Notes: generated by a model from the sequence alone, not told the origin. A stretch of DNA of 64,000 bases from Gemmatales bacterium (GCA_025055835.1 JANWWR010000132.1:52834-116833), one strand, 5' to 3'. Shown: positions 48,089-58,355, counted from the first letter of the stretch. Translations and numbers: made by a program.

Positions 48089-48846
48089 GCGATTCCATGT
48101 CCTCCCTTTTGCCGGTGGTTTGTTTCGACGCCGTGGGAACGCTCATCCATCCCGTTGAGCCGGTCGCCGACACCTATGCCCGCGCTGGCCGACGCCACGG
48201 CTTCGAGCTGTCCCTGGAGATCGTTTCTCGCCGATTCCGCGAAGCCTTTGAATGGGAGGAACGACGGGATCGGCAAGGCGATCTGCGGACCGACGAGGAG
48301 CGGGAGAAGGCCCGGTGGCGGACGATCATCGGGCATGTCTTCCACGATCAACCCGATCCCTTGGCTCCGTTCGAAGAGCTATGGAACCACTACGCACGGC
48401 CGGAAGCTTGGACATGCTATCCCGACGCCGTCCGCTTCCTGGACTGGCTGCGAACCACTGGCGGACGATACGCCATCGCCTCGAACTTCGACCGCCGCTT
48501 GCAAGGGATTGTGCGGGGGCTTCCGCCGCTTGCCGACGCCTGGCAGGTCGTGATCAGTTCAGAAGTTGGCTGGCGGAAACCGGCCCGGAAGTTTTTTGAG
48601 CTTCTTGCCGACCGCATGGGATGCCGATCTGCCGAGATGGTTTACATCGGAGACAGCTACGAAAACGATTTCCAGCCGGCCTCCGCCCTGGGCATGCAGG
48701 CGTTCCTCCTGAACCGCGGTTCGTCTCCGTCCGCTCCGCCGTTTTTGGCCTCGCTGGACGAACTGAGCGAGAGACTGAAAATGATGGGGAAATGCCGACA
48801 CGAGGGTGAAGCACTCCGCAGCCATGCCCACGACCCCTCCTGCTGA
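48085..48846 (+). CDS. HAD-superfamily hydrolase (REG-2-like/IA)
   Basis: Motif I is VCFDAVGTLI, motif II IASNFD, and motif III/IV YIGDSYENDF. Its ATG overlaps the upstream stop (ATGA at 48085-48088). Confidence 0.8.
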   Translation: MSDSMSSLLPVVCFDAVGTLIHPVEPVADTYARAGRRHGFELSLEIVSRRFREAFEWEERRDRQGDLRTDEEREKARWRTIIGHVFHDQPDPLAPFEELWNHYARPEAWTCYPDAVRFLDWLRTTGGRYAIASNFDRRLQGIVRGLPPLADAWQVVISSEVGWRKPARKFFELLADRMGCRSAEMVYIGDSYENDFQPASALGMQAFLLNRGSSPSAPPFLASLDELSERLKMMGKCRHEGEALRSHAHDPSC

Positions 48847-49660
48847 TCTGGAACTCATTCGCGGCGACATTCCTCGGGGCCGCTTTCGGGCCGTCCTTTT
48901 CGATTTCGACGGCACGCTATCTTTGATCCGCGAAGGTTGGCCGCAGGTCATGATTCCGATGATGGTCGAAATCTTGCGGCAGACGCCGACCCGGGAGACC
49001 GCCGAGGAGCTGCACGCCAAGGTCGAGGAGTTCGTCATGCGGCTCAATGGCCGACAAACGATCTACCAAATGATCCAGTTGGCCGAGGAGGTCCAGCGGC
49101 GCGGAGGCCAGCCGCGTGACCCGTTGGAATACAAGCACGAATACCATGCTCGGCTCATGCGGCGGATCGAGCATCGGATCGAGGCCTTGTCCAAAGGGCA
49201 GGCTGTGCCCAGTGACTGGACGGTCCCCGGCAGCCATGAACTGCTGGAGCAGCTGTGCCGACGGGGAGCGGTGCTGTATCTCGCCAGCGGCACGGACCTG
49301 AAATTTGTCCGCCATGAGGCGGAGCTACTCGGCCTGACCCGTTTTTTCGAGGAACGCATCTACGGGGCCTTGGATGACTATTGGAACTTTTCCAAGAAAC
49401 TTGTCATCGAGCGGATGATCCGGGAGGCTGGCGTCAGCGGGCCGGAACTGCTCGGCTTCGGCGACGGCTTCGTGGAGATCGAGGAGATCAAGCGGGTCGG
49501 CGGAGTGGCCATCGCCGTCGCTTCCGATGAAGCACGACGGCAAGGCGTCAATGAGTGGAAGCGACGACGGCTCATCCAGGCCGGCGCGGACGCCGTCATC
49601 CCCGACTACCGCCATGCCGCCGAACTGGTCTCGTGGCTTTGGGCCGAGTCGCCGAACTGA
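48824..49660 (+). CDS. HAD-superfamily hydrolase
   Basis: Motif I is VLFDFDGTLS, with later LASGTD and GFGDGFVE. The start is uncertain (ATG 48824 or GTG 48806). Either choice overlaps the upstream gene's end. Confidence 0.75.
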   Translation: MPTTPPADLELIRGDIPRGRFRAVLFDFDGTLSLIREGWPQVMIPMMVEILRQTPTRETAEELHAKVEEFVMRLNGRQTIYQMIQLAEEVQRRGGQPRDPLEYKHEYHARLMRRIEHRIEALSKGQAVPSDWTVPGSHELLEQLCRRGAVLYLASGTDLKFVRHEAELLGLTRFFEERIYGALDDYWNFSKKLVIERMIREAGVSGPELLGFGDGFVEIEEIKRVGGVAIAVASDEARRQGVNEWKRRRLIQAGADAVIPDYRHAAELVSWLWAESPN

Positions 49661-49672
49661 CTCCGAGGGTGC

Positions 49673-51115
49673 ATGTCCATCGAGACTTACCAACAAGCTC
49701 TGGACTTCTGGCATAAGCGCGTCAACTACGAACAGCGGGGCATGCCGAGCGACCTGCGGGAACTGAAACTCGACCGCATGCGGTCACTGCTGCGTCGGCT
49801 GGGAAACCCGGAGCGGGGCCTGCCCATCGTTCACATCGCCGGGAGCAAGGGCAAAGGCTCGGTGGCCGCCATGCTGTCCGCCGTGCTTCAAGCCGCCGGG
49901 ATGCGCACGGGACTGTTCACTTCTCCGCATCTGATCCGCGTCGAGGAACGGGTCCAGATCGACGGTCAACCCATCGACCCGGATGACCTGACACGATTGA
50001 TGCGGATCATTGCCGACGTGGTTCCGGACATCGAAGACGAGCAAGGCTCCCAGCCGACGTTTTTCGAGATCGTGACTGCCCTGGGCTTTCTCTACTTCGC
50101 CCAGAAGAAGGCAGACTTGGCCGTCATCGAGGTCGGACTGGGAGGCCGCTTCGATTCGACTAATGTTTGCGATCCTCTGGTGTCGGTGATCACCAGCATC
50201 AGCTTCGATCACACGCAGCAGCTTGGGAATACGCTGGTTGCCATCGCCGGGGAAAAAGCCGGGATCATCAAGCCGGGTCGGCCGGTCGTCAGCGGCGAAA
50301 CGAAACCGGAACCGGCGGAGGTCATCGCCACTCATGCTGCCATGCAAGGCTCGCCGCTGCGGGTGCTGAAGCGTGACTTCGATGTGGAGTATCGGCCCGG
50401 CTCGGTGAGCGGTTCGGATCCGCAGCTTCCGGGCATGCGATTTCAGTCAGCCCATCGCCATTGGCCCTGGATGGAGCTTGGACTGCTAGGCCGACATCAG
50501 GCGGCCAATGCAGCCGTCGTCGTGGCGGTCGTGGAGGAGCTGGTTCGGCACGGTTATGCCATTTCCGATGATGCAGTCGCTCATGGCTTGCGAAATGTCC
50601 GCTGGCCGGCTCGGGTCGAGGTTGTGAGCCAACGGCCCTGGGTGATCGTGGATTGTGCCCACAATGTCGCTTCCTGCGAGGCGCTCGTTAGCACGTTGGC
50701 CGAATCGTTGCCGCCTTTGCCCTGGACCTTGCTTTTCGCTGCTTCCCGGGACAAGGATTTGCCCGGCATGATGCGAGTGCTGGCACCTCACTTCCAGACG
50801 GCCATCTTCACCCGCTATCGCAGCAGCCAGCGCGGAGCGGACCCGGAACTGCTTTTGTCCCTTTGGCGAGATGCCGGAGGCCGAAACGGACAAATCGTCG
50901 AATCTCCGACCGAGGCATATCACCGAATCCGAGGCGACTTGAGGAACGACGAATTGCTGTGTGTCACGGGTTCGGTCTTCCTGGCCGGGGAAATTCTGGC
51001 GGAGATCAGAGCGGAACCTGGAGGCGGCGACACAGTTCCCGAAAATCCGCGCGGTCCCGCAGCACCTCCAACTCCGGAACCAGGAGTCGGTGCTTCGGAT
51101 GAAGTCCGGCAGTGA
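49673..51115 (+). CDS. folC: bifunctional folylpolyglutamate synthase / dihydrofolate synthase
   Basis: Mur-ligase P-loop HIAGSKGKGS, plus EVGLGGRFDSTN and ITSISFDHTQQLG. The low-complexity C-terminal tail overlaps the convergent kinase gene. Confidence 0.9.
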   Translation: MSIETYQQALDFWHKRVNYEQRGMPSDLRELKLDRMRSLLRRLGNPERGLPIVHIAGSKGKGSVAAMLSAVLQAAGMRTGLFTSPHLIRVEERVQIDGQPIDPDDLTRLMRIIADVVPDIEDEQGSQPTFFEIVTALGFLYFAQKKADLAVIEVGLGGRFDSTNVCDPLVSVITSISFDHTQQLGNTLVAIAGEKAGIIKPGRPVVSGETKPEPAEVIATHAAMQGSPLRVLKRDFDVEYRPGSVSGSDPQLPGMRFQSAHRHWPWMELGLLGRHQAANAAVVVAVVEELVRHGYAISDDAVAHGLRNVRWPARVEVVSQRPWVIVDCAHNVASCEALVSTLAESLPPLPWTLLFAASRDKDLPGMMRVLAPHFQTAIFTRYRSSQRGADPELLLSLWRDAGGRNGQIVESPTEAYHRIRGDLRNDELLCVTGSVFLAGEILAEIRAEPGGGDTVPENPRGPAAPPTPEPGVGASDEVRQ

Positions 51116-53957
51116 AGTAGCCCATCTCGGCTGCCTCCATGAGAAGCTGCACGGCACGACGAGACAGGGCCTCCCGATACAGTCCGGACGTCTCGGCGTC
51201 ACTGCGAGGGCAAGAGGTGGCAGCCAAGGCGAAGACCAAAGCGGCTTGATAGAGATTGTGGGGGTTCAGTCCGGCGGAGGACGCCAAGACACTTTCGGTG
51301 TCGCGCAGAGCGGCGTCGCACCGGTGGAGATGCACGAGGACGAGGGCCCGTTCCAGAACAAGTTCGTTGGGAATCCCCTGGCCTTCCGCAGCATTGACCG
51401 CCATCGCCCAATCATAGTCCTTCAGGGCCTCGGACCATCGTCGCTGCTTGGCGTGCAAATTGGCGCGGTTCCAATGGACATTCCGAAGGAAAACGCGCGC
51501 TGGCTTATGTTGAGGACGCTGCTGAAGCACCGGAACCAGCAGCTTTTCTGCTTGTCCGAACATATCCAGGGAGGCCGAATACTCCCCTTTGTCGATTAGT
51601 ACGCCAGCTTGATTGCAATAGGTGCCGGCCAAGTTAACGCAATGATCCACAGAGTCATGATGGCGGCGAATCACCTCCAGGTAAAGCGCGCTCGACTTTT
51701 GCAGGCAGGTTAGGGCGGCCTCGGTTTCTTTGCGGTGCCAAAAGGTCAAGCCCAGTTCGCTAAGAACGTTGGCCTGGGTCGTCAGGATGACTGGCGAGGG
51801 ATGCGCCCGCTCCGACAAGCGTTCCAGAATGTCCAGGGCCTCGCGAAGCTCTGCTTCGGCCAAGGCCAGGTATCCCAGTTGGCGGTGCAGGGAACCCAAA
51901 GCGCTGATGCTTTGAGCGAGCCGCAGGGCATAGAATTGTGAATTCGGATGCTTGGCGGCTAATTCGTGGTCAAGCAGCAGGCTTTCTTGGAAGGCTGCTT
52001 CTGCTTCGGCAAATCGCCCATTTTGCCAAGCATGCTTCCCAAGCAGGTTCAGGTCGTGGCTGAGTTGCAAGGGAAACCGCTCATCGTCAGGCTTTCGAAG
52101 GGCCAAGGCTCGGTCGATGCCCAAAGCACGCAGCAGCGCTTCTTCCGCTTCCCGTCGCTGACCCAGTAACGAGCGGACCCGTCCCAGATTAGCGAAGGCT
52201 TTAGCAAGCACATGCAGGTATTCGATGTTGTCTGGCTCAGTGGCCAGGAGACTCCGAAGAACCTGTTCAGCCCGTTCCCAAAGCGGAATCGCCTCCTTGA
52301 ATTGACCCATGACGGAGTGGACGTAGCCCAGGCTAATCGTGGTTTGAGCAGCCAGGAAACGATACTCGGGCTGATCCGGATGTTTCTGGGCCAAATCGGT
52401 GAAAAGCCTGGTAGCTCGCTCATAGTACTGAATGGACTCGGCCCGGTCGCCGACATCGTCGAGGCAATCCGCGACCCGCCAGCAGGCCCTGGCCTCCTCC
52501 TCGCGCAGATGGGGATCCTGGGCGGCCTGAGCGATGAGGCTGCGGTAAAAAGTCAAGGCCTTCTGAGTCAGAGCCTTACGAAGCGCTTCGTTCTCCGGGT
52601 TCTGTAAATCCGGGTTCTCTCGAACCGTGCTCAGAATTTCCTCGACCCCTTGCCGGGCGAGTTTGTAATTAGCTTCGGCCAGCTTCTGGAGGAACTGAGC
52701 TTCTGCCCGTTTACGGTCGGCCTCAGCTTTCTGCTCCTGAGCAAATCGGGCCTCGGCGAGAGCAAGCTGATGGTTTTCCTCGGCCCGTTGCCGCTCCTGT
52801 TCGACGGAGCGGACGTGGTAGGTGCCCAGTCCCAGCAGGCTGACGAGGGCGAGGAAAAGAGTGGCCAGCAAGGCGGCGACGGCGGGCCGACGCTGCGACC
52901 ATTTCCACGCTCGTTCCAACATCGTGCTGGGACGAGCCAGGATCGGTTCCCCGGCCTGGAATCGGCGTAAATCCTCGGCCAACGCTGCGGCTGTCGGGTA
53001 GCGGCGTGACGGCGACTTCTCCAGGCACTTCAGACAGATCGTCTCCAGGTCCTTGGGAATCCCCGGCTGCATGCGGCGAGGCGGAACCGGATCCTGAAAA
53101 CGCACCAGCAGCACGGTTTCGAGCACGTTGGAACCGAGAAAGGGCGGCCGGCCTGTCAGCATCTCATAGAGGATCGCACCCAGGGAATAAATGTCCGCCG
53201 CTGGCCCCACGTTGCGATTTTCGCTGGCGGTCTGTTCCGGCGACATATAGCTGGGTGTGCCCATGACCTCGCCGGTTTTGGTCGTACCCGCCTGTTCCAG
53301 TTGCTTGGCCAGACCGAAGTCGCTGATCTTCGGCACGCCATCTCGGCTAAGGAGGATATTGCTGGGTTTCAGGTCCCGATGGACGATTCCGCGAAGATGG
53401 GCGTGATGAGCCGCCAGGGCCAGGATTTCGACCATGCGGGCAGCGGCCTTGGGTGGCTGCGGACGCCGTTGCAGATGCCCGTCCAGGCTGCCGCCTTCCA
53501 TGTATTCCATGCAGAAATACGGCAAATCGTTCCACAGGCCGACGTCGTAAATCTGCACGATGTTGGGATGATGCAGCCGGGCGGCGGCCTCGACCTCGGT
53601 GCGGAACCGCTGAGCGGCTTCGTCCTGGGCGGCCACGTGGGCGTGAATCATCTTCAAGGCGACGGGTCGGCCCAACCCGCAATGGCGTGCCAGATACACC
53701 ACCCCCATGCCGCCGCGACCCAGCTCGGCAAGGATTTCATAGCCTGCGATCTTTGGCCACTGGTAAACCGAGGGTTCCGACGTGGTATCAGCGCGCCAAT
53801 GAGCCGGGACAGCGGTATTCTGCAAAGCGTCGGGGTGTTTCTCGGAGTCCGCCTGAGGTTTTTCCGTGGCGTCTTTTGATTCCGTTGCCTCGAAACGGAC
53901 CGTCACCTTGGCGGTGGCTCCAAGGAGCTTCATCAGCCAGGATTCGCTCATCAGCAA
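51006..53957 (-). CDS. Ser/Thr protein kinase with TM segment and long TPR-repeat C-terminal region
   Basis: Hanks kinase motifs GRGGMGVVYLA, HRDLKPSNILL, DFGLAK and GTPSYMSPE. A TM segment AVAALLATLFLALVSLLGL follows, then about 600 aa of TPR-like repeats. Confidence 0.9.
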   Translation of the reverse strand: MLMSESWLMKLLGATAKVTVRFEATESKDATEKPQADSEKHPDALQNTAVPAHWRADTTSEPSVYQWPKIAGYEILAELGRGGMGVVYLARHCGLGRPVALKMIHAHVAAQDEAAQRFRTEVEAAARLHHPNIVQIYDVGLWNDLPYFCMEYMEGGSLDGHLQRRPQPPKAAARMVEILALAAHHAHLRGIVHRDLKPSNILLSRDGVPKISDFGLAKQLEQAGTTKTGEVMGTPSYMSPEQTASENRNVGPAADIYSLGAILYEMLTGRPPFLGSNVLETVLLVRFQDPVPPRRMQPGIPKDLETICLKCLEKSPSRRYPTAAALAEDLRRFQAGEPILARPSTMLERAWKWSQRRPAVAALLATLFLALVSLLGLGTYHVRSVEQERQRAEENHQLALAEARFAQEQKAEADRKRAEAQFLQKLAEANYKLARQGVEEILSTVRENPDLQNPENEALRKALTQKALTFYRSLIAQAAQDPHLREEEARACWRVADCLDDVGDRAESIQYYERATRLFTDLAQKHPDQPEYRFLAAQTTISLGYVHSVMGQFKEAIPLWERAEQVLRSLLATEPDNIEYLHVLAKAFANLGRVRSLLGQRREAEEALLRALGIDRALALRKPDDERFPLQLSHDLNLLGKHAWQNGRFAEAEAAFQESLLLDHELAAKHPNSQFYALRLAQSISALGSLHRQLGYLALAEAELREALDILERLSERAHPSPVILTTQANVLSELGLTFWHRKETEAALTCLQKSSALYLEVIRRHHDSVDHCVNLAGTYCNQAGVLIDKGEYSASLDMFGQAEKLLVPVLQQRPQHKPARVFLRNVHWNRANLHAKQRRWSEALKDYDWAMAVNAAEGQGIPNELVLERALVLVHLHRCDAALRDTESVLASSAGLNPHNLYQAALVFALAATSCPRSDAETSGLYREALSRRAVQLLMEAAEMGYFTAGLHPKHRLLVPELEVLRDRADFRELCRRLQVPL

Positions 53958-54195
53958 CCCTTCCCCGGGTCCGCCAAGGGGCGGACGGCGGCAAGGTGGA
54001 CCGACTCGTCGGCATCTGGGAAGGTCTTCCAGGTGGGCGTCATCCGCCGATCGGCCGCAAGCACATTATCCCTGGGAGAAGCATAACATATGGAAGAGTG
54101 AGGAATCGGTATTTCCCCAACAATCCGCTTGGCTTATAGAACAGTCACCGGTTCGATGGCATGCGGAATGTGGGGCCGGAGCAGAATCAGGTGCG

Positions 54196-56001
54196 ATGAC
54201 CGTTTCCATTGATCGCATTCGCAACTTTTGCATCATTGCCCATATTGACCACGGGAAAAGTACGCTCGCCGACCAGTTCCTTCTGAAGACGGGAGCGATT
54301 TCGCCCCGGGAGTTTCGCAGTCAGGCCTTGGACGCGATGGATCTGGAGCGGGAACGCGGCATCACCATCCGCATGCATCCCGTGACCATCTACTACACCC
54401 CGCCGGGTTCCGCGGAGCCTTTTGAACTCAACCTGATCGACACCCCGGGCCATGTGGACTTCAACTATGAGGTGTCCCGGAGCCTGGCAGCCTGCGAGGG
54501 AGCCATCCTCCTGGTGGACGCGGTTCAGGGAGTGCAGGCCCAAACCGTTCACAACGCCTTGCTGGCCTTGGAAGCAAATCTGACCATCGTTCCTGTGGTC
54601 AACAAGATCGACCTGCCCAACGCCCGCACCGACGAGGTGATCCTGGAGATGGAACACGTTCTGGGTATCCGGCCCGAGGAAGTGCTGCGATGCAGTGCCA
54701 AGACCGGGCAGGGCGTGGACGAGGTGCTTCAGGCGGTCATCGAGCGGATTCCGCCGCCTGGGGGCGCGCCGACCGACCCACTGCGGGCCTTGGTGTACAA
54801 CAGCCACTTCGACACCTACCGCGGGGTGGTGGTCTATGTCCGCGTCAAGGAAGGCGAGCTTCGCAAGGGCCAGCGGGTGCGCTTCATGCGGGCCGGGCGA
54901 GAATACGAAGTCAGCGAGCTGGGCCGCTTCCGACCCGCCCCGACGCCGGCGGACTGCCTGACGACCGGACAAGTCGGCTATTTCACGGCCCAGATCCGCG
55001 ATCTGCACGACATCCACATCGGCGACACCGTGACCGACGCCCTTCGTCCCGCCGCCGAGGCTCTGCCTGGTTATGCAGAGCCGAAGCCGATGGTCTTCAG
55101 CGGGTTGTACCCGGTGGACAGCAAGGACTTCGAAGCGCTCCGCGAAGCCCTGGCCCGGCTCAGCCTCAACGACTCCAGCTTCACCTACACGCCGGAGACC
55201 AGCGAGGGATTGGGTTTCGGCTTCCGTTGCGGGTTTCTGGGCATGTTGCACCGGGAGATCATTCAGCAGCGGATCGAGCGGGAGAGCGGCCTGGAACTCG
55301 TCCACACCGCGCCCAACACCACTTACGAAATCCTGACCCGCAAAGGCGAGGTTCTGCAAATCAACAATCCGCAGCAGGTTCCCGACGCCGGACAGATCGC
55401 CGAGTTCCGCGAGCCGATGGTCCGCATCTCCTTCGTCGTCCCGGCTGAGAACATTGGTGACATCATGCAGATCTGTACCGAACGTCGCGGCACTTACATC
55501 CGTACCGACTATCTCAGTCCCAGCCGCGTGCAACTGGTCTTCGAGATGCCCTTGGCGGAGATCATTTACGACCTGTACGACAAGCTGAAGTCTGTCACGC
55601 ACGGCTACGGAACGATGGATTACGAGTTTATCGGTTTCCGTCCGGCCGACCTGGTGCGGCTCGATGTGCTTGTTCACGGCAAGCGGGTGGATGCCCTTTC
55701 GACGATTGTGCATCGCTCCCAGGCGGAACGCCGTGGGCGGAAGCTGGTCAAGAAATTGCGGGGCGAGATCGACCGGCATCAGTTCGAGATCGCCATCCAG
55801 GCTGCTATCGGCAGCCGGGTCATCGCCCGGGAGACCATCGCTCCGTTGCGGAAGAACGTGACCGCCAAGTGCTACGGCGGCGACATCACCCGCAAGCGGA
55901 AACTGCTTGCCAAGCAGGCCGAGGGCAAGAAACGCATGAAACAGGTAGGTCAGGTTTCCATTCCGCAGGAAGCGTTTCTTTCGGTCCTGGAAGCGGAATG
56001 A
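54196..56001 (+). CDS. lepA: translation elongation factor 4 (LepA)
   Basis: IRNFCIIAHIDHGKSTLAD, DTPGHVDF, NKIDL and the LepA-specific C-terminus (KCYGGDITRKRKLL). The true start is ATG 54196. Confidence 0.95.
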   Translation: MTVSIDRIRNFCIIAHIDHGKSTLADQFLLKTGAISPREFRSQALDAMDLERERGITIRMHPVTIYYTPPGSAEPFELNLIDTPGHVDFNYEVSRSLAACEGAILLVDAVQGVQAQTVHNALLALEANLTIVPVVNKIDLPNARTDEVILEMEHVLGIRPEEVLRCSAKTGQGVDEVLQAVIERIPPPGGAPTDPLRALVYNSHFDTYRGVVVYVRVKEGELRKGQRVRFMRAGREYEVSELGRFRPAPTPADCLTTGQVGYFTAQIRDLHDIHIGDTVTDALRPAAEALPGYAEPKPMVFSGLYPVDSKDFEALREALARLSLNDSSFTYTPETSEGLGFGFRCGFLGMLHREIIQQRIERESGLELVHTAPNTTYEILTRKGEVLQINNPQQVPDAGQIAEFREPMVRISFVVPAENIGDIMQICTERRGTYIRTDYLSPSRVQLVFEMPLAEIIYDLYDKLKSVTHGYGTMDYEFIGFRPADLVRLDVLVHGKRVDALSTIVHRSQAERRGRKLVKKLRGEIDRHQFEIAIQAAIGSRVIARETIAPLRKNVTAKCYGGDITRKRKLLAKQAEGKKRMKQVGQVSIPQEAFLSVLEAE

Positions 56002-56097
56002 TCGACTGCGCCAGGCCCAAGCCCCCTGCGAATTCCGGGGGGAACTGAACCCGGGACAAACCCGTGAAAGGGCTAGGTCTTGCGGAGAAGCCGTCCT

Positions 56098-58341
56098 ATG
56101 ATAAGCGACGGCCTTTTACCAACCGAGGATCGCATGACCGAAAGTGCCGCTGAGAAACCCTCGTATCCGTCGTCGGGGTCCTCCCCTGCCAGCGCGGAAC
56201 CGTCCTTTGTCCAGCGTGTCAAAGCGGAACTTTTTCGGCCCCGCTCACGGCGTCCCAAGGAAGATGGCAAAGACACTCCCCGCGGCGACTCGCTGCGGGA
56301 ATCGGTCGAGACCGTGGTTTTCGTGATCGTTCTGGTCCTCATGCTCAAGGCCTTCGTGGCCGAGGCGTTCGTTATACCCACCGGCTCGATGGCCACCAGC
56401 CTGCTCGGCTATCACCGTCACGCTCATTGCCAGCAGTGCGGTCATGAGTTTCCCGTCAATGCCAGCGACGACGCCGAGGGTTCCCGCCGGGGCCAGGGCC
56501 AACTGGCATCCCTGGCGGTCTGTCCCAATTGCCGGAACATCCAGCCGCTCCAGCCCGGCATCGACGGCGGCGACAAGGTGCTTGTGCTCAAGCCGCACTA
56601 CGATCTTCACAGCCCTCAGCGGCTGGATGTGTTCGTGTTCAAATACCCTGGCAAGCAGGAAAGCGACGGAAGACGGATCGGTGGTCCGCAGGAGAACTTT
56701 ACTGCCAAGAACTACATCAAGCGTCTGTGGGGCTTGCCTGGGGAGAAACTCAGCATCTGGCACGGGGACGTCTACTTGATCGAGGGCGGCAAGGACGGAC
56801 AACCGCTGCGGCGGGAGATCATTCGCAAACCCCCCGTGAAAATGCTGGAGATGCGAAGGTCGGTGAGTGACGCGGATCAAGTCGCTGCGGACCTCAAGGA
56901 TTTCCTGCCGCCCTTGTGGGCCGATGAACAACCCGGTCAAGGTTGGCAGACCACGGACGCCTCGGGGACATTTCAGGTGCAGGCGGGTGCCGAGGAACGT
57001 CGGCTGCGCTACCGGCATTTCCTGCGGCCGCCGCCTTTGCCGGCCCAGACGATCCAGCGTGTCGCGTCATCCATCCGTATGATCGGCAATGCGGTGTCCG
57101 ACGCCCAGCGGGAACGGCTGGTCGGCACCGATGCCCTGGCCAACCTAGTTCGCTCCCTGGAGGCTGAACTGCCCGCGCTGGACGAAGTGACGCTGCTTCC
57201 GACCGCTTCGCGCAACGCGCAATTCCGCGAAATCCTCACCCGCCTGGAGAAGCGCTTCACGGATGTTGAAGAAGGGTTGGCGGTGTTGCGTCGGGCCGAC
57301 GGCCGACCTGTCGAGGACGCCGAATTCGGACCCAACTTCAAGGAGCGGATTCGGTTGGAGGTCCAATCCGGCAAACAGGCCCTGAGCGAGTTGCGGGACA
57401 CCTGGGAGGCCGCTCTGCAATGTGCCAACCGACCACAACTGATCACCGACTTTCTCGGTTACAACGCCCTGGTCTCCGCGTACCGCCAGTCGAATTTCTT
57501 TTATCCCCGAGAATGGGCCGGGGAACATGAACCGCATTGGGTCCGGGATCTCATGGTTGAATGCACCGTCGAAGTGCTTCAGCCCGGCGGAACTTTCGGG
57601 CTGGAGATTCAAGCAGGGTGTGATCTGCACCGGGCCACCTTCGACCTGAGCAGCGGCGAATGCGTGCTGCGGGTCTTGCGGTTTAACAACGGGCCGGAGC
57701 CGAAGGAGATAGCCGTTCAAAAGGCTGTCACGAGGCTTGGCAAACCGGGCAAGTATCGCCTCCGTTTCAGCAATTTCGATGAGCGCTTGACGTTATGGGT
57801 CGATGGCAGCCTGCCATTTGGCGACGGCTTGGCCTTCCCCAGTCCGTCGGCGGAAGACCGAGCGCCACGGGTCGGGGATACCAAGCCGGTCGCTCTCGTG
57901 GCCAAAGAAGCGGCTGTTCGGGTCAGCCAGCTTCGGCTCTTCCGGGACATCTACTACACCCGCTCGGCCGGTCGGCTGCCGACGGAATATGAGGACCTGC
58001 GTTTGCTCGATCTCAGCGCCCTGGGGGTGACAAGTTTTCTGAGCCTGTCGGCCCAGGAAACGCAATTGCCTGCTCATGCCAAAATCGAACGCTGGGAACC
58101 CATCGGACGGCAGAGGCCGTGGTACTATCCGATGGGCATGCGCCAGGAGTTCGGCCACGGATTCCCCGATCCGGAACTGAGCAACGGGCCGGTCTTCGGA
58201 CCTGATGAGTTCTTCGCCCTGGGCGACAATAGCACCCGCAGCTCCGACAGCCGCGAGTGGGGACAAGTGCCACGCCGCCTGTTTCTGGGTAAGGCCGTCA
58301 TCGTCTATTGGCCCTACACCCGCTTCGGAATCATTTGGTGA
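56098..58341 (+). CDS. lepB: signal peptidase I, unusually large (~750 aa) with zinc-ribbon and a large insertion
   Basis: SPase I boxes present. Box B is IPTGSMATSL (Ser codon 56386-56388). Box C is GGDKVLVLK. Box D is NYIKRLWGLPGEKL (Lys 56719-56721). Box E is GDNSTRSSDSREWG (from 58222). A CxxC..CxxC motif (HCQQCGHEF...CPNCRN) spans 56428-56532. Alternative starts are ATG 56134 or the ORF opening at 56080. Confidence 0.85.
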   Translation: MISDGLLPTEDRMTESAAEKPSYPSSGSSPASAEPSFVQRVKAELFRPRSRRPKEDGKDTPRGDSLRESVETVVFVIVLVLMLKAFVAEAFVIPTGSMATSLLGYHRHAHCQQCGHEFPVNASDDAEGSRRGQGQLASLAVCPNCRNIQPLQPGIDGGDKVLVLKPHYDLHSPQRLDVFVFKYPGKQESDGRRIGGPQENFTAKNYIKRLWGLPGEKLSIWHGDVYLIEGGKDGQPLRREIIRKPPVKMLEMRRSVSDADQVAADLKDFLPPLWADEQPGQGWQTTDASGTFQVQAGAEERRLRYRHFLRPPPLPAQTIQRVASSIRMIGNAVSDAQRERLVGTDALANLVRSLEAELPALDEVTLLPTASRNAQFREILTRLEKRFTDVEEGLAVLRRADGRPVEDAEFGPNFKERIRLEVQSGKQALSELRDTWEAALQCANRPQLITDFLGYNALVSAYRQSNFFYPREWAGEHEPHWVRDLMVECTVEVLQPGGTFGLEIQAGCDLHRATFDLSSGECVLRVLRFNNGPEPKEIAVQKAVTRLGKPGKYRLRFSNFDERLTLWVDGSLPFGDGLAFPSPSAEDRAPRVGDTKPVALVAKEAAVRVSQLRLFRDIYYTRSAGRLPTEYEDLRLLDLSALGVTSFLSLSAQETQLPAHAKIERWEPIGRQRPWYYPMGMRQEFGHGFPDPELSNGPVFGPDEFFALGDNSTRSSDSREWGQVPRRLFLGKAVIVYWPYTRFGIIW

Positions 58342-58355
58342 CCGAGCCGAAGATC

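Noticed and set aside
53866-54195. Upstream extensions of lepA (also 30470-30616 for aor, 41579-41725 for the propeller-phosphoesterase, 12448-12588 for the PQQ protein)
   Set aside because: The family-typical N-termini begin at internal ATGs with plausible RBSs. The extensions are Arg/Pro-rich with no homology features.
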